64,000 nucleotides of DNA. Source: Dehalococcoidia bacterium (lineage in GTDB: Bacteria > Chloroflexota > Dehalococcoidia > Bin125). Of the stretch, positions 9,165 through 22,487 are shown one piece after another (position 1 is the first letter of the stretch; each line of letters opens with the position of its first letter). The notes below the pieces were generated by a model. It was given only the letters and a program-made list of their open reading frames with translations, was not told the DNA's origin and made no database searches. The position numbers were made by a program, and so were the translations under genes. The stretch spans positions 148,294 through 212,293 of the forward strand of contig OZ252031.1 of the NCBI GenBank assembly GCA_965247775.1, read 5' to 3'.

Positions 9165-9704
9165 ATGGCCGAGACCGAGATGACGATCGAGGCCATTCGC
9201 GTCTCACTGATGAACTACAACCGGGTGGTGGTGCTGCGGGACGCGGGGAGCGACCGCTACCTGCCGATCTGGATCGGCGCGCCGGAGGCGGATGCGATCG
9301 CGGTGCGGCTGCAGGGGGTGGAGGTGCCGCGGCCGATGACGCACGATCTCCTGACGAAGGTGCTGCAGGAGCTGGGCGGGGCGGTGGAGCGGGTGGTCGT
9401 GAGCAGCCTCTCGAACGACACGTTCTACGCGCGAGTGCACGTGCGGGTGGAGGAGCGAGCGCTCGAGATCGACGCGCGGCCGAGCGACGCGATCGCGCTG
9501 GCGGTGCGGAGCGAGGCGCCGATCTTCGTGGCGGATGCGGTGCTGGAGCAGGCGGGGGTGACGCTGGCCGAGCAGGAGTCGGCGGCCGTGGAGGGGGAGG
9601 GACGGCCGCCGCAGCCGCCGGTGAAGCCGGAAGAGTTGGAGAAGATGTCGGCGTTCAAGGACTTCATTGAGGGGCTGGACCTGGACGACTTCGACCAGCG
9701 TTGA
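9165..9704 (+). CDS. Bifunctional nuclease (DUF151/BFN) family protein
   Basis: LPIWIG..EA, RPMTHDL and DARPSDAIALA motifs. Confidence 0.93.
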   Translation: MAETEMTIEAIRVSLMNYNRVVVLRDAGSDRYLPIWIGAPEADAIAVRLQGVEVPRPMTHDLLTKVLQELGGAVERVVVSSLSNDTFYARVHVRVEERALEIDARPSDAIALAVRSEAPIFVADAVLEQAGVTLAEQESAAVEGEGRPPQPPVKPEELEKMSAFKDFIEGLDLDDFDQR

Positions 9705-9724
9705 GGGTGGTCCACCGAGATCGC

Positions 9725-9742
9725 TTGTGATAGGGTTCACCA
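9725..9742 (+). promoter_or_regulatory. Rex operator upstream of the atp operon
   Basis: TTGTGATAGGGTTCACCA matches the Rex consensus TTGTGAA-N4-TTCACAA at 12 of 14 positions, 24 nt before the first atp gene. Confidence 0.7.
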
Positions 9743-9766
9743 GGTTTTGCAGGGGCGCGGTCCGCG

Positions 9767-9985
9767 ATGGGTAAGCTGCCGCCGGCACTGGGGCTGATCG
9801 GCATTGGTTGGTACATCGCGACGTGCATCGTTATGGGGACCCTGGCGGGGCTCTGGCTCGACGGGCAGACGGACACGCGACCGGTCTTCACGCTGCTGGG
9901 CATCGCTCTGGGGCTCATCACCGCCGGCTACGGCGGGTATCGCCTGTTGATGGACGTGCTGCGCCCGCGGCGGCCGCGCCGCTAG
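9767..9985 (+). CDS. AtpZ/AtpI-family ATP synthase protein
   Basis: Small 2-TM protein with GLWLD...P.FTLLGI.LG, first gene of the atp operon. Confidence 0.85.
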   Translation: MGKLPPALGLIGIGWYIATCIVMGTLAGLWLDGQTDTRPVFTLLGIALGLITAGYGGYRLLMDVLRPRRPRR

Positions 9986-10007
9986 GGGCGAGTGAGGGAA
10001 CGAGGGC

Positions 10008-11928
<1,921 letters not shown>

Positions 11929-12040
11929 CGGGACGGTCTTGCGTGGGGCGGTCGCGCGCGATCGCCCCTCCTTCCGCCCCGCTGGGCGCCGTCTCCCCCG
12001 GGGGGCGCCGGTGCGAGGCAGGCAGAAAGGTGCGGCAGCC

Positions 12041-12541
12041 GTGGATGGTCTCGGCATCAACCTCCCGACGCTGATCACGCAGTTCGTGAACTTCGGGCTG
12101 CTGCTGGCGCTGCTGTGGATTTTCCTGCACAAGCCGTTGCGGCGGGTGCTGGACGAGCGCCGCCGGCGGATTGAAGCGGGGCTGAAGGCGTCGGAGACGG
12201 CGCAGGTGGCGGCGGACGAAGCGAAGGTGGAGGCGGACGCGGCGATCCAGACGGGTCGCGAAGAGGGACAGCGCCTGGTGGCGCAGGCGCAGGAGATCGC
12301 GGAGCGGGTCCAGCGGGAGGGGCAGGAGGGTGCGCAGCGCGACGCGGAGCAGCTTCTGGAGCGGGCACGGCAGGAGATCCAGCAGGAGCGGGACGTGGCG
12401 ATCGCGTCGCTGCGGGCGGAGTTCGCGGATCTGACGATCAGCGCGGCGGAGCGGGTGATTGGGCAGTCGTTGAGTGCGGGCGACCATGAGCGGCTGATCG
12501 ATGAGGTGCTGGCGGGCTCATCGTTCGGCGGGCAGAACTAG
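12041..12541 (+). CDS. atpF: F0F1 ATP synthase subunit b
   Basis: N-terminal TM (QFVNFGLLL), KPL..LDER and a coiled coil. Expected operon position. Confidence 0.95.
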   Translation: MDGLGINLPTLITQFVNFGLLLALLWIFLHKPLRRVLDERRRRIEAGLKASETAQVAADEAKVEADAAIQTGREEGQRLVAQAQEIAERVQREGQEGAQRDAEQLLERARQEIQQERDVAIASLRAEFADLTISAAERVIGQSLSAGDHERLIDEVLAGSSFGGQN

Positions 12542-12556
12542 GGGCGGGGGCGGTTT

Positions 12557-13102
12557 ATGGCGGGCTCTGAGGTCGCTGCCGGCCGCTACGCTCAGGCCGC
12601 GTTCGCGATCGCGCAGGCGGAGGGGACGCAGGACCGCTGGCAGGAGGCGCTGCAGGCGTTGCGGGCGCTGATGGCGGAGCCGGTGGTGGCGGAGTACATG
12701 CGGACGACGCGGGTGGCGGAGGCGGCGAAGACGGCGATGCTGGAGGAGGCGCTGGGGGGGCAGGAGCCGAAGGCGCTGAACCTGGCGAAGCTGCTGCTGC
12801 GGAAGCGCCGGATCGGTGTGGCGGATCAGGTGGCGGAGCGATTCGAGGCGCTGCTGAACGCGGAGCGGGGGGTGGCGCTGGCCTCGGTGACGACGGCGAC
12901 GCCGCTGCGCGCGGCGGGACGGGAGTCGATCATCCGGGCGGTCCGGGCGGGCAGCGCCGCCCGCGAGGTGCGCCTGGAAGAGCACGTCGACCGCGCGATC
13001 CTGGGCGGGGCCATCGTGCGGATCGGGGATCATCTGGTGGACGGCAGCGTCCGCACGCGGCTGCGGGGCTTGCGCCGCAGCATCGCGGGCGGCATGGCGT
13101 AG
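12557..13102 (+). CDS. atpH: F1 ATP synthase subunit delta
   Basis: AGRYAQA and [19 protein letters not shown] motifs. Confidence 0.95.
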   Translation: MAGSEVAAGRYAQAAFAIAQAEGTQDRWQEALQALRALMAEPVVAEYMRTTRVAEAAKTAMLEEALGGQEPKALNLAKLLLRKRRIGVADQVAERFEALLNAERGVALASVTTATPLRAAGRESIIRAVRAGSAAREVRLEEHVDRAILGGAIVRIGDHLVDGSVRTRLRGLRRSIAGGMA

Positions 13103-13116
13103 AGAGGAGCCGCATC

Positions 13117-14646
13117 ATGGCGGTTCGCCCGGAAGAGATCGCATCCATCATCCGGCAGCAGATCGAGGGCTTTGAAGCGGGCGCGGTGGCAGCCGACGTG
13201 GGGACGGTGGTGCAGGCGGGGGACGGGATCGCCCGGATCTTCGGGCTTTCGGGGGCCCTGGCGGGGGAGTTGCTGGAGTTCTCGCGGACGGACGCGGCGG
13301 GGCGCCCGATCCAGGGGATGTCGCTGAACCTGGAGGAGGACATTGTTGGGGCGGTGATCCTGGGCGACTACCGTCCGATCGAGGAGGGGGACGAGGTGCG
13401 CTCAACGGGGCGGGTGGCGGAGGTCCCGGTGGGGGAGGCGATGATCGGGCGGGTGGTGAACGCGCTGGGGGAGCCGATCGACGGGAAGGGGCCGATCAGC
13501 GCGGAGCGGCGGCTGCCGATCGAGCGGATCGCGCCGAACGTGGTGACGCGGGCGGGCGTGGACACGCCGGTGCAGACGGGGATCCTGGCGGTGGACTCGC
13601 AGATCCCGATCGGGCGGGGGCAGCGGGAGTTGATCATCGGGGACCGACAGACGGGCAAGACGGCGATCGCGATCGACACGATCATCAACCAGAAGGGGCA
13701 GGGGCTGATCTGCGTCTACGTGGCGATCGGGCAGAAGCAGGCGAAGGTGGTGCAGGTGGTGGCGACGCTGGAAGAGCACGAGGCGATGGGGCACACGGTG
13801 GTGGTGAACGCCTCGGCGGCGGACTCGGCGGCGCAGCAGTACATGGCGCCTTACGCGGGGGTGGCGATCGCGGAGCACTTCATGAGCGAGGGGCGCGACG
13901 CGCTGATCGTCTACGACGACTTGAGCAAGCACGCTTGGGCCTACCGGCAGGTGTCGTTGCTGCTGCGGCGGCCGCCGGGGCGGGAGGCCTACCCGGGCGA
14001 CGTCTTCTACCTGCACTCGCGCTTGCTGGAGCGGGCGGCGAAGCTGAACGAGGCCAACGGGGGCGGATCGATCACGGCGCTGCCGATCATCGAGACGCAG
14101 GCGGGGGACGTCTCGGCGTACATCCCGACGAACGTCATTTCGATCACGGACGGGCAGATCTTCCTGGAGTCGGACCTCTTCAACGCCGGGCAGCGGCCGG
14201 CGGTGAACTCCGGGATCTCGGTGAGCCGGGTGGGTGGGGCGGCCCAGCGGCGGGCGATGCGGGCGGTGGCGGGGCAGCTGCGGCTGGACATGGCGCAGTT
14301 CCGCGAACTGCAGGCGTTCGCCCAGTTCGGCACATCGGACCTGGACGCGGTGACGCGGCGCCAGCTGGAGCGCGGGCAGCGGCTGAGCCGGCTGCTGATC
14401 CAGCCGGAGAGCCAGCCGCAGCCGCTGGCGCAGCAGGTAGCGCTGCTGTTCGCGGCGAACGAAGGACTGATGGACGACGTGGCGGTGAACAAGATCGAGG
14501 ACTTCGGGCGGGCGTTGCGGGACTACCTGCAGAGCAGCGCGCCGGCCATCCTGGAGGCCATCCGCAGCAGCGGTGAGCTGTCGGACGAGAGCCGGGCGGC
14601 GCTGACGGGGGCGATCGAGACGTTCAAGCAAACGGTGCCGTTCTAG
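13117..14646 (+). CDS. atpA: F1 ATP synthase subunit alpha
   Basis: Walker A GDRQTGKT and [21 protein letters not shown]. Confidence 0.99.
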   Translation: MAVRPEEIASIIRQQIEGFEAGAVAADVGTVVQAGDGIARIFGLSGALAGELLEFSRTDAAGRPIQGMSLNLEEDIVGAVILGDYRPIEEGDEVRSTGRVAEVPVGEAMIGRVVNALGEPIDGKGPISAERRLPIERIAPNVVTRAGVDTPVQTGILAVDSQIPIGRGQRELIIGDRQTGKTAIAIDTIINQKGQGLICVYVAIGQKQAKVVQVVATLEEHEAMGHTVVVNASAADSAAQQYMAPYAGVAIAEHFMSEGRDALIVYDDLSKHAWAYRQVSLLLRRPPGREAYPGDVFYLHSRLLERAAKLNEANGGGSITALPIIETQAGDVSAYIPTNVISITDGQIFLESDLFNAGQRPAVNSGISVSRVGGAAQRRAMRAVAGQLRLDMAQFRELQAFAQFGTSDLDAVTRRQLERGQRLSRLLIQPESQPQPLAQQVALLFAANEGLMDDVAVNKIEDFGRALRDYLQSSAPAILEAIRSSGELSDESRAALTGAIETFKQTVPF

Positions 14647-14679
14647 CGGCGATTCACTCGGGAAGAGGGACGCCCGTCG

Positions 14680-17074
<2,395 letters not shown>

Positions 17075-17098
17075 GGGCGGCGGGCGAAGGGAGCGGCC

Positions 17099-17545
17099 AT
17101 GGGCAAGCTGACGCTGGCGATCATCACGGGCGAGCAGCTGCTGCTGCGGGAAGAGGAGATCGACGAGGTGATCGCGCCGGGGAGCGTGGGGGAGCTGGGG
17201 ATCCTGCCGAACCACGCGCCGCTGGTGACGGGGCTTCTGCCGGGCGAACTGCGGGTGAAGCGCGAGTGGGGGGAGGAGCAGTTTTTCATCAGCGGCGGCT
17301 TCCTGGAGGTCCGGGCGGATGAGGTGCGGGTGCTGGCGGACGCGGCCGAGCGTGGTGGGGAGATCGACTTGGAGCGGGCGGAGGCGGCGCGGGCGCGGGC
17401 GGAGGCGCGGCTGCAGGGCGAAGCGGAAGTGGACCGGGCGCGGGCGGAGGGAGCGCTGGGGCGGTCGTTGGTGCGGTTGCGGGTGGGACGGCGGCGGCGG
17501 CGAGGCCGGGCGGACCTGCCGTCGGGGGCGGGGGGCGCGGAGTAG
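17099..17545 (+). CDS. atpC: F1 ATP synthase subunit epsilon
   Basis: GELGILPNHAP, SGGFLEV and IDLERAE motifs. Confidence 0.97.
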   Translation: MGKLTLAIITGEQLLLREEEIDEVIAPGSVGELGILPNHAPLVTGLLPGELRVKREWGEEQFFISGGFLEVRADEVRVLADAAERGGEIDLERAEAARARAEARLQGEAEVDRARAEGALGRSLVRLRVGRRRRRGRADLPSGAGGAE

Positions 17546-17624
17546 GCGGGGGCGCTTGGTCGGGTGGTGGGGTACTGCTAGCCTGCACGACATAGGGTGA
17601 TTTCCGCTTCGGGAAGGCAGGGGC

Positions 17625-18935
17625 GTGAGCGGTCCCTCGTACCGCATCCAGGGCGGTGGCCGGCTGTGTGGCGAGGCGCGCGTCAGCGGGGCCAAGAACG
17701 CGGCGATGCCCTGCCTGGCGGCGGCGCTGCTGACCGAGCAACCGTGCGTGGTGCGCAACCTGCCCGCGATCGCGGACGTGCGGCTGTTCCTGGATATTCT
17801 GGAGAGCCTTGGGGTGGAGGTGGATTTCGACGCGAAGGCGCACGTGGCGACCGTGCGGGCGCGGGGGGGGCTGGGGGAGGCGCCGCCGGACGACCTGGTC
17901 GCGAATCAGCGGGCGTCGTTCCTGGTGATGGGGCCGCTGCTGGCACGGGAGGGGCGGGGGGCGTGCGCGGCGCCGGGGGGCGACATCATTGGGCAGCGGC
18001 CGCTGGACGTGCACCTGCGGGGTTTCGCGGCGCTGGGGGCGGAGGTGCGGACCGAAGGGGGCCGGTTCGTGGCGACGGCGCCGGCGGGGCCGGCCGGGAC
18101 GGCCTCGCGGCTGCGGGGTGGACGGGTGGTGCTGGACTACCCGAGCGTGCTGGGCACGGAGAACTTGCTGCTGGCGGCGGTGCGGGCCGAGGGGGAGACG
18201 GTGATCGTGAATGCGGCGGCGGAGCCGGAGGTGGTGGCGCTGGCGCAGATGCTCTCGGCGATGGGGGCGCGGATCCGGGGGGCGGGGTCGCACACGATCA
18301 CGGTGTCCGGGGTGGAGCGGCTGCAGGGCACGGACCAGGCGCTGATCCCGGACCGGATTGAGTCGGGGACGTTCGCGGTGGCGGCGGCGATTTCGGGCGG
18401 GGAGGTGATGATCGAGAACGCGCGGCCGCGTCATATGGACGCGCTGCTGTGCAAGCTGGCCGAGGTGGGGGTGACGGTGGAGGAGGGGCCGGACAGCCTG
18501 CGCGTGCGCCGGAGTGGGCCGATGCGTGCGACGACGGTGCAGGCGGTGCCGTATCCGGGGCTGGCGACGGACCTGCAGGCGCTGGTGACGACGCTGCTGA
18601 CGCAGGCCGAGGGGGTCAGTGTGGTGAACGAGCGGGTGTTCGAGAACCGGCTGGCGTACGTGGGGGAGCTGCGCAAGATGGGGGCGCGGATCGTGACGGC
18701 GGGGAGCACGGCGATCGTGCAGGGGCCGTCGCCGCTGCGGGGGGCGGTGGTGCAGGGGCTCGATGTGCGGGCATCGGCGGCGCTGATCGTGGCGGCGCTG
18801 GCGGCGGAGGGGGAGAGCGACGTGCTGGACGTCTCGCACCTGGAGCGGGGCTATGAGTGCTTCGACGAGAAGCTCCGGGCCTTAGGGGCGCGGGTGGAGC
18901 GGCACGATTCGGTGGCCCGATCGGCTCGTCGCTGA
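17625..18935 (+). CDS. murA: UDP-N-acetylglucosamine 1-carboxyvinyltransferase (Asp in place of the catalytic Cys)
   Basis: GAKNAA, PGGDIIGQRP, PDRIE, YPGLATDLQ and HLERGYE motifs. Confidence 0.96.
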   Translation: MSGPSYRIQGGGRLCGEARVSGAKNAAMPCLAAALLTEQPCVVRNLPAIADVRLFLDILESLGVEVDFDAKAHVATVRARGGLGEAPPDDLVANQRASFLVMGPLLAREGRGACAAPGGDIIGQRPLDVHLRGFAALGAEVRTEGGRFVATAPAGPAGTASRLRGGRVVLDYPSVLGTENLLLAAVRAEGETVIVNAAAEPEVVALAQMLSAMGARIRGAGSHTITVSGVERLQGTDQALIPDRIESGTFAVAAAISGGEVMIENARPRHMDALLCKLAEVGVTVEEGPDSLRVRRSGPMRATTVQAVPYPGLATDLQALVTTLLTQAEGVSVVNERVFENRLAYVGELRKMGARIVTAGSTAIVQGPSPLRGAVVQGLDVRASAALIVAALAAEGESDVLDVSHLERGYECFDEKLRALGARVERHDSVARSARR

Positions 18936-19034
18936 GCAGTCCCGGGCGCGGCCTGCGCCCAGTCCGGGCCGCGGGTATGCTGGCTCGGGCGCGCGCGGCC
19001 GGCGATGGCGGGCGGGTGGCGCCGGAGGGCCGGC

Positions 19035-20075
19035 ATGGTGCTGAACAAGAAGATCGGGATCGATCTGGGCACGGCGAACATTCTGGTGGCGATCCGGGGC
19101 CGGGGGGTGGTGCTGCGGGAGCCGGCAGTGGTGGCGCTGTCGCAGCGGGACAACGATGTGGTGGCGGTGGGGGCGGACGCGCGGGCGATGATGGGTCGCA
19201 GCCCGGACGGGATCAGCATCGTGCGGCCGATGCGGGACGGGGTGATCGCGGATTACGTGGTGGTGGAGGCGATGCTGCGGTACTTCATTGGGCGGGTCAC
19301 GGGGCGGCTGAATCTGGTGCGGCCGGAGATCATGGTGAGCGTGCCGGCGGGGGTCAACACGGTGGAGCAGCGGGCCGTGCGGGACGCGGCGGAGCAGGCG
19401 GGGGCGCGGCGTCCGGCGCACCTGTTGCCGGAGCCGCTGGCGGCGGCGATCGGAGCGGGTCTGCCGGTGGCGACGCCGCGGGGCAACCTGGTGGTGGACA
19501 TCGGTGGGGGCCGCAGCGAGGCAGCGGTGATCTCGATGTACGGGATGGTCGTGTGGGATTCGGAGCGGATCGCGGGGAACCGCTTCGACGAGGCGATCGC
19601 GGCGTACATCAAGCGGCACCATAACCTGATCATCGGGGAGCGGACAGCGGAAGATCTGAAGATCGCGATCGGATCGGCGCTGCCGGTGGAGGACACGCTG
19701 CGGACGCAGGTGCGGGGCCGCGACCAGGTGAGCGGGATGCCGCGGACGATCACGGTGACGTCGAACGAGATCGCGACGGCGTTGCAGGAGCCGCTGGCGG
19801 GGGTGGTGCGGACGATCAAGTCGGTGCTGGAGAAGATGCCGCCGGAGCTGTCGGCGGACGTGATCGACCGGGGGGCGGTGCTGACGGGTGGCGGGGCACT
19901 GCTGCGCAACGTGGACCGCTTGCTGACGGAGGAGATCGGGATCCCCTGCCATGTGGCCGATCGGCCGCTGGACTGCGTGGCGGAGGGGGCGACGGTGGCG
20001 CTGGAGTACATCGATATCATCCGGCGGTCGCTGCCGAGCGATGAGGGGATTCTGGCCGGGGCGCCCAAGGTCTAG
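19035..20075 (+). CDS. mreB: Rod shape-determining protein MreB/Mbl
   Basis: [23 protein letters not shown] and LTGGGALL motifs. Confidence 0.96.
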   Translation: MVLNKKIGIDLGTANILVAIRGRGVVLREPAVVALSQRDNDVVAVGADARAMMGRSPDGISIVRPMRDGVIADYVVVEAMLRYFIGRVTGRLNLVRPEIMVSVPAGVNTVEQRAVRDAAEQAGARRPAHLLPEPLAAAIGAGLPVATPRGNLVVDIGGGRSEAAVISMYGMVVWDSERIAGNRFDEAIAAYIKRHHNLIIGERTAEDLKIAIGSALPVEDTLRTQVRGRDQVSGMPRTITVTSNEIATALQEPLAGVVRTIKSVLEKMPPELSADVIDRGAVLTGGGALLRNVDRLLTEEIGIPCHVADRPLDCVAEGATVALEYIDIIRRSLPSDEGILAGAPKV

Positions 20076-20812
20076 GGGGGTGGCGGCCGGGTGTCCGGGG
20101 CCGGCCGGGGGGGCAGGCCGGCGGCTGCTCCGGCGCGGCGCGCGTGGGTGGTGGGGACGGGCGGCGCGGCCCGGGGGGGCGCTGGGGCTTTGAGGAAGTA
20201 GGTCATGCTCTGGAGGGCGAGGACGGGGTCGATCTGGCGGAGCTGTACGCCGCGGGGGACGCGCACGGCGACGGGGGCGTAGTTGAGGACGGCGCGAACG
20301 CCGCTGGCGACGAGGACGTCGATGACCTGCTGGGCGGAGTCGGCGGGGACGGCGACGATGCCGATGTCGACGGGGGTGGCGCGGAGGGAGGCCTCGAGGT
20401 GGGCGACGTCCTCGACGAGGATGCCGCCGGCGGTCTGCCCGATCAGCTCGGGGGCGGCATCGTAGGCCTTGATGACGTGGAAGCCCTGCGGCCCGAAGCC
20501 GCCATAGCTCAGGATCGCTTGACCGAGGCGACCGGCGCCGATCAGGGCCATGCGCCAGGTGCGATCGAGGCCGAGGATGGTCCGCACCGTCGCGAGGAGG
20601 TAGGGCACGTTGTAGCCGCGGCCCTGCTTGCCGAAGCGGCCGAAGTAGGAGAGGTCCTTGCGGATCTGGGCGGGGGTGACGCCGAGTTCCTGGCCCAGCT
20701 CCTGCGAGCTGACGACTGTATGGGCCTCCAGTTCCAGGAGGGCGAGGGCTCGGGCGTAGACGGGGAGCCGGTTGATCACGACTTCCGGGATTTCCGGTGC
20801 GGCCACGCGCAT
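20072..20812 (-). CDS. rex: Redox-sensing transcriptional repressor Rex
   Basis: [30 protein letters not shown] and LNYAP motifs. Confidence 0.96.
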   Translation of the reverse strand: MRVAAPEIPEVVINRLPVYARALALLELEAHTVVSSQELGQELGVTPAQIRKDLSYFGRFGKQGRGYNVPYLLATVRTILGLDRTWRMALIGAGRLGQAILSYGGFGPQGFHVIKAYDAAPELIGQTAGGILVEDVAHLEASLRATPVDIGIVAVPADSAQQVIDVLVASGVRAVLNYAPVAVRVPRGVQLRQIDPVLALQSMTYFLKAPAPPRAAPPVPTTHARRAGAAAGLPPRPAPDTRPPPP

Positions 20813-21472
20813 CCTGCCCTCCGCCCGTCCGCGACGGGGAGCGGGCCCAGGGCCCGGCTCTGCCGCCACCGCGGGGGCGTGCCCTGATCGTACCGCGTCC
20901 GGGAATTGTCACCAATGCGTACAAACGAGGATGTGCGATGAAGATGGCGTCCTGTCCACAGGGGAGGGAGCAGGCGTGGGCTGTTCCCGTGTGAGTGGGG
21001 TTTATTGGGGGCCAGGCGGCCTGGTCGTTGGGTTGTGTGGGGTCTTCGTCGGCGGGGAGATCCGGGCCTTCAGCCGGGACGAGGTCGGCGCGGGTGATGT
21101 CGCCGGAGACGGCGTCCCCGCTGAGGCGTACGCAGGGAAGGCCTGCGGGCAGCCCGGCCGAGCGGGCGCGGCCGATGATGCGCTCCAGGTGCTCCTTGTC
21201 GGCGGGGGGGTGGGGTCGGCGTCGTCGCCGAGGGCCGCGCGAAGCTCCCCGCCAGCGTGCGTAGCGTTCCTGCGCGCGTTCCAGCCGACAAGCAGCGGCG
21301 CACAGATTCACGGGCGTTCCTTCGTCCCTCACAGGCATCATCGGCAAGGGAGGCGATCTCCATTGCCGGGCCGACCCCACCGCGACGGCGGGGGGTCCCG
21401 GAGGGTCCCGGAGGGGGGGAGGAGTCGCTAGCCTGGGGTTCGGCGCGTGCTGGTGATCGTGGGAGAGAGAGC

Positions 21473-22378
21473 ATGGCGTCGTGGGATTCCTTGCCGAGCA
21501 TGGCGCAGGCCCGCGCGGGCGGCGCGGGTCCGGCGGCGGCGGCGGACTGGCCGTCGTTGGGGGATGAGCCCTGCCGGTATCCGGACGGGCGTGCGCCCGC
21601 CGATCGCGTCCCGTACGGGTTTTCCCGGGGGCAGGTGTATCCGCTGGTGCGGGGGGGCGGTGCAGCGCCGTGGGTGCTGCGTGAGGCCGGGGCGACGTCG
21701 TTGGCGGACTGGCTCAGGGCGGTGGGGGGCGCGGCGCTGGAGGAGCGGGTGGCGGTCCTGGCGGTGGGATCGAACGTGTATCCGCGGCAGCTGCTGGACA
21801 AGTTCCGTCGTTCCCGGGTGGAGGACGACAGCGTGATCACGCTGGGGTGTCGAGTGAACGGGGCGGCGCTGGCCTACGCCGCGCAGTTGTCCCGGGCGGG
21901 CTACGTGCCCGTCAGCTTGCAGACCGCGCCCGGGCGAGAGACGCGGAGCTGGATCCAGTACGTGACGCCGGCGCAGTTGGAGGCGATCGCGGAGGGCGAG
22001 GGCGCGGCCTACGCCCTGGTGGAGTGCAGCGCAGGCGGGAGGGCCGTCGTGGTGGAGGGGCTGCCGCGGCCGCGGCGTGCGTACGGCTGGATGCACCGGG
22101 CGCTGCTGGGGCGGGGCGCCGAACTGGGGCTCGAGCTGGGGCTCGGGCCGGGGGGCGGCGTCGTGGGGGTGGTGGGCGTGGAGCAGGCGGTGCTGCTGGC
22201 GGCGCTGGTGCGGCGGGTGGATGTGGGGGCCGTCTGGGACGGCTGCCGGCTACCGCAGGGGCTGCGCGCGGGGGTCCGCGCGGCGGTGCGGACGGCGGCG
22301 GTGGGGAACCCGATCCCGGCGGCCTGGCCGGTGGTGGATCGCGCGGCAGCGGGGTTCGCGTCGGGTCTGGTGGGATAG
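21473..22378 (+). CDS. Hypothetical protein, possibly gamma-glutamylcyclotransferase-like fold
   Basis: Good ORF with VLAVGSN..P.QL..KF, GYVP and QL..I..GEG..Y. The fold assignment is inference. Confidence 0.6.
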   Translation: MASWDSLPSMAQARAGGAGPAAAADWPSLGDEPCRYPDGRAPADRVPYGFSRGQVYPLVRGGGAAPWVLREAGATSLADWLRAVGGAALEERVAVLAVGSNVYPRQLLDKFRRSRVEDDSVITLGCRVNGAALAYAAQLSRAGYVPVSLQTAPGRETRSWIQYVTPAQLEAIAEGEGAAYALVECSAGGRAVVVEGLPRPRRAYGWMHRALLGRGAELGLELGLGPGGGVVGVVGVEQAVLLAALVRRVDVGAVWDGCRLPQGLRAGVRAAVRTAAVGNPIPAAWPVVDRAAAGFASGLVG

Positions 22379-22487
22379 GCGCGATCGCGAGTGTTCACGG
22401 GGGCTTTCGCGCCGGGCGGCCCTGTTTCGAGGGCGCGCGGATTGGTAGAATTGATGCACGGATTTGCCCCGGGAGAGGACCCCCAGC

